Source: Entomortierella parvispora E1425 | Taxonomy: Eukaryota; Fungi; Mortierellomycota | Reading direction: 5' to 3' | Assembly (NCBI GenBank): GCA_020891255.1 | Contig: BQFW01000014.1 | Location: forward strand, 620,001 to 684,000 | DNA length: 64,000 nt | In this document: positions 1-11,875 of the stretch, in pieces | Position numbering within the stretch: the stretch's first letter is position 1 | Layout: each line of letters begins with the position of its first letter | Notes under the pieces: model-generated | What the model was told of the DNA's origin: nothing | The model's input: only the letters and a program-made list of their open reading frames with translations | The model's database searches: none | Translations under genes and position numbers: made by a program

Positions 1-1050
<1,050 letters not shown>

Positions 1051-1279
1051 ACGGAGTCGACACGGACGAGCTTCTATATCGAGGAACTTGCAGGAGAATG
1101 ATACCCTGATAATAAAGAAAACAAAACATCTACATTTATTTGATGAGCTACATCTCTGACAGACCAATATATATCAGCAATATCCGGCATGGAGATATCG
1201 AGGCTTTCTCTCCTTCGCTTCGTAGGCCAATTACAATCGAGAACTTCTCCGACCCGTCCCAGTTTCGATCATCACCGAG

Positions 1280-1837
1280 TCCCCAGAGCTCATTTTTCAC
1301 TACCAATCCAACGACTGAGATCTGGGTTTCTGTCAATACTACGAATTGAGCATGAGCGACAGCGATGCGGTCCGAGAGCTGTTCACTTTGACTGGAGAAG
1401 AGGATTGTTTCTTCTGCCCTCTCTGATACCTCAGTCGTGAGATGGCCAGGACCAAGCCAACTTGCAACTCTCGATTCAACTGTGGTCGTGATACGCCCTT
1501 GGTCGATGCAAGTTACAGCTCTTCAAGCACCGGCCGTGTTTGTCACTCTGCTGATAGCCAGCCCGTCTTTGGAAGTGGCGATGCTGTCCCTGGTTACTCA
1601 CAGACTGGAGACCATGCTCAGTTCTCCAGACAAGTGATTGATCGATGGACTACCTTTTCCAAGGGAGCCAGTCCAAATCCTAAGCCTAGCCAACAGGGGG
1701 TGTAGAGTTGACCTATCCCACTGAACAAGCATCAGCTAGTTGCCCAACGACAACCCGAACTCCTCGGCCTTCAGAGTGCAATGTTGAGCAATCTGGAGAA
1801 TGCCCCTTGCACGTGGCTCGATGCCGCCTTGCAATAA
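1280..1837 (+). pseudogene. Degenerate C-terminal fragment of a type-B carboxylesterase (alpha/beta hydrolase)
   Basis: Frame 2 reads D-x-FFCPL*YLSREMA..GRVCHSADSQPVFGSG..FSRQVIDRWTTFSKGASPNP..NLENAPCTWLDAALQ*, resembling the F-x-CP, catalytic-His H..D...VFG and W..FA..G.PN segments of COesterases. In-frame stops at 1424, 1703 and 1709; no upstream GESAG-containing part. Confidence 0.65.
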
Positions 1838-3134
1838 TTCTGGCTCCAGTCCCCGGGCAACACGTCTCAAAGCTGAATGAGCAAAGTCATTTATTTATCG
1901 ATATATTCTGCGCGGATAACAAAAGTCCTTTTCAAAACAAACCTCAGTACAACAGCGAACATGAAAAGGCCCGAAGATCCTGAAGTTACTGTCCTGTCAT
2001 TTGTTGCTGCCCGTCCTTTTTTTCCGTCTCTGATCTACGCGCCACCAATGCTTGATTACATTAGTTCAGCCACAATCGAATTGGATCCTACCTCTTGCAT
2101 TCCTTCATCCCTGCATTCCTGCGCTCTGTCTTTCCTGCACTGTCTTTCTGCGCTACAGCTTGCCAAAGGAGGCTCAACCGAACGCGTACTGCATTTCGAG
2201 CCTGGCCTCTGTGATATGCTCCTGATCCAATGCACGCGAATTGCTCATATTTCTTTCTGTTCACCTCCGGTCTTCTGCGACACTCCATCTTTCCTGCAGC
2301 AAAAACGTGTCATTCACTCTTATTTCGTAAATCTATTGAAACAAAGAAAGAAAAAGATGATTTTTCAGTCATGTCGCCTCCAAAATGCCCTCCAATGCCG
2401 AAAAAACGCGCGCAAAGGACGCGTCTTTCGTCCACTCCCTCGCAGACAGCATGCTCCCCTCCATCCTATGGTCACGCTTTCCCCTGCCAAGCCTCATCCG
2501 AGTCCCGAGTCAAGTTTTTTTTTATGACCAAACACGTTTTCCTGGCTCGAGATGCTCGCCATTGGCCGCCTCCAAGCGCAAAGGCCTTCTCCCGAGTCAT
2601 TTTTTGCCCTATGTGGGTTTGAAGGTGCCAGTTTCTGAAGGAATGCAACCAACCAGGACGTGAATGTAAATGAGCCAGATGAATCCTCGTCCACGAATGC
2701 GCCCATTCCGCCATGCGCCACTCATGTCTGCGACCATTCTTCGTCGAGATTCGAAGGAGAGAAGTTGCTTACATGGTTTACATGGTGCGTCATACTCAAG
2801 GCGCTTTTTGCCTTTTTGGGAACGCCGGGAGGACCTTACAAGACAACATGGGATTTGTGCATGAGGATGGAGGGGACATGGTGTGGGAAGGGAGGGAAGG
2901 ACAGGGAAGGGGAGGAGGGTATGTGGAAGGTGAAGGTGAAGGAAGTAGGTAAAAAAGAGAAATGCTTGCATGGGATTTATACGACAGGGAAAAAAACAAG
3001 GTTGATCGGGGTCCGTCCCTTTTCGTACAAATACCAGCCCTCGCCCACTTTTTTTTTGTTGTTCTTCATCGCATCTTGCCTTCTTCAAAGCAACTTCTCA
3101 AGCACAAAACACCACTGCAAAGCCCTTCCTCCTT

Positions 3135-3165
3135 TGCCTGCCTGCCTGCCTGCCTGCCTGCCTGC
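3135..3165. repeat. (GCCT)n microsatellite
   Basis: Direct reading: gcctgcctgcct... about 7-8 units. Confidence 0.9.
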
Positions 3166-3344
3166 CATGTTTGCCGTCTGCCGCCACCAAGAACTCAAGG
3201 CTCCCTGCCACGGTCCTAGTGACCCTCCTTGGTGATCAAGCATCCGACCACCTCCTGCCTTCAAGACCTCTGGTGCCTATCATCCTTGGCAACCAAGAGC
3301 AATCTCGTCCTTGGCCGGGCCTCCTTCCGCGACGATGCCTCTGC

Positions 3345-4315
3345 TCGTCCATCTGCAAGAACAGCCGTCTTCCATTCGGCTCATTGGCCTCTTCCATTCC
3401 GCGTCAAGAACAAGACATTGGCTCGAGCCCGCCACCAAGAATCTTTCGCGACTGCTCTCTGCGGTTGCAAGAAAGGAACAAGGTTCTCTACTTGGTCCCT
3501 CGGGAGGGTCTTGAGCTTCCCTGCTGAAGCACTACCCTCCAGATACCATGGGAGTTCCTGGCGTGCTCAACGGCCCTTTTGGGCCTTGAGCGACTACCTG
3601 CGCCTCCTTTTGCCGTTGCTGACATGGTTCTGTACCTGGTTCCTCGGCGGGTATTGAGCTTCCTTTGTTGAAGAACTACCTGCCTGATACCTTGATGAGT
3701 TCCTGGCGTGCTTCACCTGCGCCTTGCTTCTGCCTTTATTCTTGGTCTGGCCACCCCGTCTGCAAGAACAGCTGCCCTCCATTCAGCTCATTGGCCCGCC
3801 TCATTCGCGACCAAGTTCAAGACATTGGCCCGAGCCCGCCACCAAGAATCTTTCGCGACTGCTCCCTGCGGTTGCAAGAAAGGAACAGGGTTCTCTACTT
3901 GGTCCTTCCGGAGGGTCTTGAGCTTCCTTGCTGAAGCACTACCCTCCAGATACCATGGGAGTTCCTGGCGTGCTCAACGGCCCTTTTGGGCCTTGAGCGA
4001 CTACCTGCGCCTCCTTTTGCCGTTGCTGACATGGTTCTGTACCTGGTTCCTCGGCGGGTATTGAGCTTCCTTTGTTGAAGAACTACCTGCTTGATACCTT
4101 GATGAGTTCCTGGCGTGCTTCACCTGCGCCTTGCTTCTGCCTTTATTCTTGGTCTGGCCACCCCGTCTGCAAGAACAGCTGCCCTCCATTCAGCTCATTG
4201 GCCCGCCTCATTCGCGACCAAGTTCAAGACATTGGCCCGAGCCCGCCACCAAGAATCTTTCGCGACTGCTCCCTGCGGTTGCAAGAAAGGAACAGGGTTC
4301 TCTACTTGGTCCTTC
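3345..4315. repeat. Tandem repeat, 407-bp unit, about 2.4 copies, with nested 144-bp-offset sub-repeat
   Basis: Anchor ctgcaagaacagc at 3353, 3760 and 4167 (period 407); duplicated ORFs at 3594/4001 and 3665/4072. Within a unit, ggttctctacttggt.. (3482) recurs diverged as ggttctgtacctggt.. (3626). Confidence 0.95.
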
Positions 4316-6008
4316 TTTCCTTTCCTTCGTCTAGTAGCATGTGTGGTGTGTGGGGGGCCGTTTCTGTGGGCGCCAAGGGTATAACGTCTGGTTAGGAGTC
4401 AGGGCTCACGCTCTACAGTTACTTCCTTTGATACCTCACCTCGGGCCAAAGTGCAGAGCGGTGACTAGATAGCTGGGTCGGGTTGGGTCAATGTCATCGT
4501 CATCAATCTTTTAAATACATTCAATTTCCAAACGGGTCAAAGAACCCTTTGCAAACCAACACATCTTGAACAAACAATATGAGATTGAAGAACAAAAGTT
4601 TGAGGACCATGAACTTTTGAGCAAGATATTTTCGATGCAACATACATGTTTTACTGAGGGAGGCATTTTGCATGACACTGCTGGCTTGGAACCAAGCGCT
4701 GTTCATCACACCTCGGCAGCCCCAGATGGGGAACTCGAGCTGCTTGTTTCTAGAGAATAAAAAAGAATCCTACAAGTACGGATGATCAGCTCTGACGTGA
4801 TGATCATCTTTGGACCCTCCTCCTCCCAAAGTGCTGAAGTCCAGTACATGCCACTGACTGGATCTGGAGCCTGATCAATCTTGTCCGCTGGCTCCTTCGT
4901 TCAAGGATGATTCACTCTGTAAATGACATGTCTGCCATGGCGCAACCCTTCGGGGTGACAGGTTTTGGACACAAAATGACCTCCATCTCCACATTGGACG
5001 CTCCTTACTTCTCCTCACAAGATGCCCATCCAGCGAAAGGGCGAGGGCGACTCCAACGCTGGTGCAACAAAGACGTGTTGCGGTTACAGGAATCACAGTC
5101 CTTCGGCTGCGGTGGTGGTGCAAGGAAGCACACGACACATGGGCAGCGTTGAGGCTGGGGAGATCCAAGGGTCTGCCACGAATTGTGGGGCGCATCGAAC
5201 TCGCCCCTGGTGAGAGCCTTTGTCTTTACAACGTTCACAATTTTTTGTCCAACAATGTGGTTTGAGCCGAGGTTGCAAGTCATCAAGTGAAGCACCACCA
5301 AGAACAATTGAAGCTGAGATACCCCATCATTGACCTGGAGTTCCGGCAGAGGCTTTTGTAGGTAAAAAATGTCTCTCATAAAAGAAGGACGAGCACTAGA
5401 AGGTCGCTTCGGGTTGCCGTCTTTCTGAGCTTTCTAATTGCCTTTGTCATACCGCGTTGTTGAACGTTTCCATAAGTTCACAGGTCGATTTCTGACATGG
5501 TCCTCCCCCGGCCTTCCCAAATGGAGTGCAAAGGAGATTTGTAAGGCAGTTTTCCCCTTCTTGTTCTCCAGATTCTGTTGGTCCGAACAAACGTTTGTTC
5601 GGCTCCCTTTCAACCCCACATTGAGTCTCCACATTTTTTTTCTTTGTCAAAACATACACTCCTTCTCAACGTTTACTCAACCCTAATGGCAATTTGCTCT
5701 GCCGCACGTCCAAGCCAAAAGAGCCTTGGTCGCAAAACTCATTATCGATGAGCCGAGTTCGTAAGCGCGCTATTTTTTGATTTCAAATGGCTGCAGGGAC
5801 AATCTGAAAGCTCTGACCCTGGGAACATGCCCGTTGGGACAAAGTAGCAGCTCGGTGTTGGAAAGAGAAGAGGAAAAGTGTCTGCTATAAAAGCCTGAAG
5901 AGTTTCTGACCAAACTGCTTCCATTCTCTTTATCGTTCTGATCCCACTCATCTTTCTTTTCATCCACCTAACTCTTTCTTCTCTCCTTTGAAGCCTTTAG
6001 TGTCAGTC

Positions 6009-7031
6009 ATGCTTCTCAAGTCCCGTCTTTCCTCTCTAACTGTGGCAGCTTTAGTGATTGTCGGATCGTCCTCGCCCATTGCAAAGCGTTCGACTGGCGG
6101 CTACAATGACTTTTCTTGTAAGGCCACTTCTGAGCATCCTAATCCTCTGATCATGCTTCATGGCATGCTTGGTAACTCTGGCGAGTGGGCTTATATGGGA
6201 CCTCGATTCGCACTCAAGGGCTACTGTGCCTTCAGTCTGGACTATGGCCATCTTCCCAACATTCCCATCCTCGGCGGATTGGATGATTTAAAAGTCAGTG
6301 CCCAGGAGCTGTCTGACTTCGTCGACAAGGTTATGGCTGCCACAGGAGCTTCCAAGGTCGATATTTTGGGTCATTCGGAAGGTTCAACGCTGCCCCGAGT
6401 ATACTTTAAATATCTGAATGGTACCCAAAAGACGGGATCGTTTGCAGCTATTGGCTCGAACCAGTACGGAACGACCTTGGCCAACATTGTGTCGAGTCTG
6501 CAGCAAGTCAATCTGTTTGGACCCGTGCAAGGGGCACTCGACCCGATCTGCAAGGCCTGCTTCCAGTTGATCATCAATGCTCCGTTCCTGAACGATTTGA
6601 ATGCGGGTGGAGACACCTATCCTGAAATTAAGTACCTGATGCTGGTCAGCGAGTACGTTTTTTTCTCAAATGGTTGTGCAGTGTTTCTTTTTTTTTTTTT
6701 TGGTGTTTAAACTGACTCCTCTTCCCTTCCCTTCCCACCAGGTACGATGAGTTTGTGACCCCTTACACCAACGGATACTTGAGGACCTTGGGCCCCAATG
6801 TTCACAATGTTCGTCTTCAAGACCTTTGCAGCTTGGACCTGTCTGACCACCTTGCCCAAGCCATTGATCGTAAGTCCAGTAATCTGAATCGATCCATCAC
6901 AGTGACGATGACCATTGCTAATAGCTCTTCGTGGTTCTCCTCTTAAAACAGCCATTGCCTTCAACGCCATCGACTCATTCCTGTCGACTGGAGAGGTCAA
7001 GAACAGCGGCTGCTTGCCTGCTATTATGTGA
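6009..7031 (+). CDS. Secreted lipase/esterase, class 2 (Streptomyces-type alpha/beta hydrolase)
   Basis: Signal peptide; GYNDFSCK..HPNPLIMLHG; GYCAFSLDYG; nucleophile elbow GHSEG; YDEFVTPY; LQDLCSLDLSDH. Exons 6009-6652, 6742-6869, 6952-7031 with GT-AG introns. Confidence 0.9.
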
Positions 7032-7523
7032 TACTTATATTCTCTCTCATTCTTGAGAAAGAAGGGACGCGTCAGAGACGCGTGACCAAAAGATGATAAT
7101 GCATTCATCGGAATAAACAGAAAAAGAACACGGACACACGCATGAGTGGATCAAGATACGCGAGAACTAACGCGGGCAAACAGGAAAAGGGGACAAGAAA
7201 GGCAAGGGGTGGGTGAAGTCCCAGGGTTCTTTTTTTTGTGCCTCTACCTCATTTTCTTTCTTTTCTGCGCACGATCCTCCGTCCAGGGGGCGTGACTGTC
7301 TCGGCCATTTCGTTCTTATCACTTTCTCGCTCTTTCGTTGCCTGTTCACTTTGCTCTTCAATCCACTTTTACAAACTTCTTTCTATCATTGAACCCTTCA
7401 CTCCCCACTCTTCCCCTTGCTCCATCCCTTTGGCTATAGCCACATTCCTTTTCCAACCTTTTGCGTGTGTTTAGCGGTTCTCCATCTTCAATCTCGTAAG
7501 ACTCGCGTTTACCAGCTGTCATC

Positions 7524-9575
7524 ATGGGACAAGTCAATTCTACCCAGGCTTCCAGCAGCCAGCCTGTTGCGGACCCTCTCCCACCCACGCCCGCTGCGTC
7601 CTCTTCCTCCTCCTCGGCCTCTTTGCCCTCAGTGGACGATATGCGAAATCTCACGAACCGAATCCTGGCTGCGACGAATGACGCGTTAAAGAATCTCCGT
7701 GAGAATATGCCCTCCCTCGAGTTACCCACGGTCCTCTCGACTTCCTCCCCTACCTCTTCAGACACTCCCTTTTCCGAGGGATTGGATACAGCTTCAGCAG
7801 CCCAAGAAATGACTGCCGTGAATGCAGCCAATATGACTGACGGGCTTGGATTCTCGACCGACCCGACACCCACCTTGGTCCAGGCAGGCGCAGATCAACC
7901 ATTGTTGGTGTACCGATCGTTTGGTGATCGCAGCCAGGGTCGTGAGGCCTCGGTGACGGATCTGATCAAGATTCATTATCAGCTCTCAGTCGATTGGGTC
8001 AAGAACAATGCCATGACGGTGACGTTAGCCGCCGTGGGATTGGGCACTGTCTTGATCGTGGGAACGGTCGCAGTCCGAGCCGTGCAAGCCCATCGCCGGG
8101 AGAAGAGACGTTTGAGGGTCTTGAGGGGTCAGGATGGACGTGTGAAACGTGAGGTGGTGGTGATTACGCACCTGGGCACGTTGGAGGGAGCGTCCTTGGC
8201 CTTGTCCTTGGAATATGACGGCTTTATCGTCTTTGGTGGCGTGGCCGATGAGGCCAAGGTCGCAGAAATCGAGCAATGGGGTCGAGCAGACATCCATGCT
8301 GTGGTCGTGGATGAGACCAAGGTGAATAAGAACAAGAATGATGATATCCCCCAAAAGAATGAGCCGATTACGTCAAACTTACATTCTGAGCATCCCTTTT
8401 CTTTTGTTCATGCTAAAAAATCGTTGGTTTTTCGACCTGTCTCATCAGACCAATCCTGTAGAAGACTTGGTCAATGCGGTATCGAGTTTCCTGGACCAGA
8501 GCAACAGTGGTCTTCTTGGAGGCAGCCCCGTCTCATCTTCGTCCTCTGTCGTCTACGAGGAGGAGCTTTCGTCTTCAACGGCCAACATTCGTCTGGTAAG
8601 CCCCGAGCATGCTCTCAAGAGCGTGAGCGAGGCAGAGGCCAAGCGCCGACACCATGGCAAGACGGACCCACCTCTGTACCGACTTGCCGCCGTCATCGTG
8701 AACCCTCACCAGTCCGTTGTGGGATCGATCGAGAGGGTGGACCTGGAACTTTGGAAACAGTCCATTGACACCAACATTACTGGAACGGTCCTTGCCTCGC
8801 AAAAGTTCATGCCTCTCGTAAGTGACTTAATCATGTTTTTCATTTTGTGCTTCTCAATTACATCAAGATTCGCCAAATGTGGACACAAACATGATACTCA
8901 GTCACGGATTTCTTTTGAAAGTATAGTTGAGACGCACGCTTGCATTGGCCAAACCTAGACGTTCGCCTAGACTGGTCATTTTGTCGTCGGCTATCACAGG
9001 CAGTATCGGATTCCCTTACCAATCGTCGATCTGCGCCAGTCACCATGCTGTGGAGGCCATTGCAGACTCGTTGAGACGCGAGATCAAACATCAAGGAATC
9101 GATGTCATCTGCCTTCGTGTAGGGACCACAGAGAGATCCTACCGCAAGGAATGGAATGAAAAGACGAACAAGGTAAAAAAGGGCGTCGGTCTGGTCAGTC
9201 TTCTTTGTCCCAGTCAAAGGTCATTGTATATTGAACAGTGTGTGTTTCTTTCTTTTTCATTTTTCTTGCGCAAAAAAGAATGCTGGAGCCCTTGGACTGC
9301 TCAAAAGCGTGGACCCCACCAAGCTCTTGAAGGAGACATTCAAAAAGGCCTCGACGACAGGCGCGCTCTGTGACGCGACCTATGATGCCATCACGGAGAA
9401 GAAGCCAAAAGCAATGGTCCGGATCGGAAGCGGCAGTCTCTCGTACGCGTTTGTAGGCTGGGCTGTGCCTCGATCCATAGTAGACTGGTCTATCAAGCGC
9501 TCTCCACCAAAGGTCTATTCCAACGCTGCTCTCAAGGTCTCTACTACATCCTCAACTAACGCCCATGAAGAGTAG
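7524..9575 (+). CDS. DUF1776-like / atypical SDR Rossmann-fold membrane protein
   Basis: TM segment followed by REVVVIT..LALSLEYDGFIVF, DTNITGTVL and S..A...IADSLRRE. Exons 7524-8321, 8449-8817, 8927-9172, 9279-9575. Confidence 0.75.
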
Positions 9576-9789
9576 AATGAGAGAAGAAAAAAAGAGGGCC
9601 CTATCCTTTCTTTTTTTATTTTCTCCATGAAACTATGAGAGGTATCCTTCAAAATAAACAGCAATGCTTTGTTTGAATCACACGATTCCATGTTTATTTA
9701 GTTTTAGATGCAAAGGGGATGTTTATAGCAAAAGGCCGCAAGAGTCGTCGCACCCAGAGGAACCCTGCGGGGGTTGGTCAAGATTAGTC

Positions 9790-11238
9790 TTAACCAAAGT
9801 ACATGTGCAGCACCGTGGAGCTGACGTTGACTCCAAAGATCAGTGCAAGCACATAGAGGATGACAAAGATGGTGATGGGGTATAAGAACATCTCCGGGTG
9901 CCTCAAAAATGGGAGAGCTATTGTGAGAATAATGAAAAAGTTGAGTCTTCAAAGCTGAACAAACAACGGTTTGGTCGATCACAACTTGCACTTGACAGAT
10001 GTTTACCGTTGTATCCCAGGAAAGTAATGTAGCAATAGTACACGATTGCAACCATGTACAACGTGTTGCCAAGTGCAGAGCAAATCCAGGCTTCCTTGAT
10101 CAAGATCTTCATGAACACCATCTGGATCAGGTACAACAACACAATCACTGGCATGAACGCGTTGCAGTGAATATCGAATGCATATTGCCACTCTACTGAC
10201 TGATCCGTGGAGTATACACTCGCCCTCGCCAAGAAGCGATTCGCGATCGTCCTGTTATCAAGATAAAATGATAATTATTGTCAGAAGGAGAACTCACTGA
10301 CAACGTGCAAGATCTGCAATTTCAGCCTTACCAGCAGATTGTCGCGACAATGACTCCAATGACCACAAAGTCCACAAACACCATGTAAAGCATCATTCTA
10401 AGGATACCCACCATTCCATGTCCAAACACCAAGCCCCATGAGACTGCCGAAACTAAAAGGAAGAGACATCAAATATGGTAAGCTGGATCCGCTGCGAGTG
10501 CTCGAACAAGGGCCTCCACGTCATGATTCTGTTGCTTACAACATAGCAATCCAGAGAGAATCACCATGAAGGCTGGATCGTCTCGTGCCCACTGGTTCTT
10601 CGTTTCTATAAGGAGACAACGTCCATGCGCATCCCATGGTAAATACGTTAGAAAATCGAAGCTGCTGCATTCCAACAATATCACTGCTCAGTGTATGTCC
10701 TTGGCATTACGTTTGTGGTAATGAATGTTTCGATAGCTAGACATCAGCACCATGACAAAGCGAAGTAAGTTTTCTGAAAGATCGTAGGCCAAAGAGTTTC
10801 TGTCTTTCATGATCCTTACACTATCCTTGGAGATATACACAGATATGCCATCTGCCACAGCGCAAACTGATAGGGGAGAGACAGGGACAAGGGGTCAGAT
10901 TTCCATGGTCCTCGTGTAAAAGCCAATGATATTTTCCAGTGTCAAGATTCTTATCAATGTCCAACCTGAAAGTCCATGTGTGGGAACCGGAATAGTCTCC
11001 TGAGAAACAAGGGCACAAAGCCAGAGATGCCTCCTAGACCTTGTCCTGAATGGTGTCCATGCAACCGGCTGCTCGAACTTCCCATGTATCCTTCTGGTCC
11101 ATCAGACTTTCTTCTCCCGAATCCATTCTGGCCGGGGAGGCCGATTGTGGGCCCATTAGGTGCAGGGAATGCTGAAGAGTTTTGATAGGGGTTTGGAGAA
11201 TCCCGGCCAGGTGTTGTGCTCAGGGGGAGGATCGTCAT
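9790..11238 (-). CDS. GMH1: UNC-50/Gmh1 family Golgi membrane protein
   Basis: Spliced product contains LRRLFRFPHMDFQFALWQM, YRNIHYHKQTKNQWARDDPAF, VEWQYAFDIHCNAF and ALPFLRHPEMFLYP; stop TAA at 9790-9792. Confidence 0.92.
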
Positions 11239-11875
11239 GACTGAAGGGAAGATACGTGTCGCGGGTTGTCTGGACCGATGATTGTCTGCGAGTTGTCCGG
11301 GTGCGAATCGATTTCCTGCCAGCAGTAATAGATGGCCCGTTTGTCGAGAGTGCCAAGGGTAGTTGAGGAGCACGAGAGGCGTCTTATTGACGAGAATACG
11401 AGAGGTGAACGTCGAAGAAATGGAGGAGTGGAGAGCAAAGATGACCGAGTGAATGATGGAGAGATGCATTGTTGTGTGATCACGTGATCAATTTTAGCGC
11501 GACATGTTGCACTTCCTCTGCATGCCATTGACCAAAGGAAGACAGGCAGAGAAGAGGAAACAATCTGCAGTTGCACCTAAACAATGCTTAGATCATTTAA
11601 GATCGGGGGCCTCCCAGAGCGTGTCTTCTGTGTGTGGACACTGTGGAGCCATGACTGGCCAGATTCTTCATATCTTCCTTCCTGGCAGAGTGGCGGTCTC
11701 TCGCTGCCACTGACCACTGCCAGGCGCCAGCTGACATGGTCACGTGGACACTTTCGTGGGCCGCCCGCATGAAACGAATCTCTGTCAGCGTTGCATTCAT
11801 GCATGCATCAAACATTCCCTTTTGTTCAAACTGGTCTTATTCGCTGTCGGCCCAACCATAGTCGCTTTCACCCAA

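Noticed and set aside
1424-1426. In-frame TGA as possible selenocysteine or readthrough codon
   Set aside because: Further TAG and TGA stops occur in the same frame and the N-terminal half is missing; pseudogene is the simpler explanation.
4311-4400. PPT-like purine tract and PBS-like tgggcgcc next to the 407-bp repeat, suggesting an LTR element
   Set aside because: No TG..CA termini, no real tRNA complement and no gag/pol motifs; purine tracts are common throughout this window.
5313-5352. String resembling a TPP riboswitch core (CTGAGA..TACCC..TGAC.CTGG..CCGG..AGG)
   Set aside because: The conserved L5 loop (RUAA) and GCG are missing, P4 and P2 pairing is poor, and no thiamine gene or host intron is nearby.
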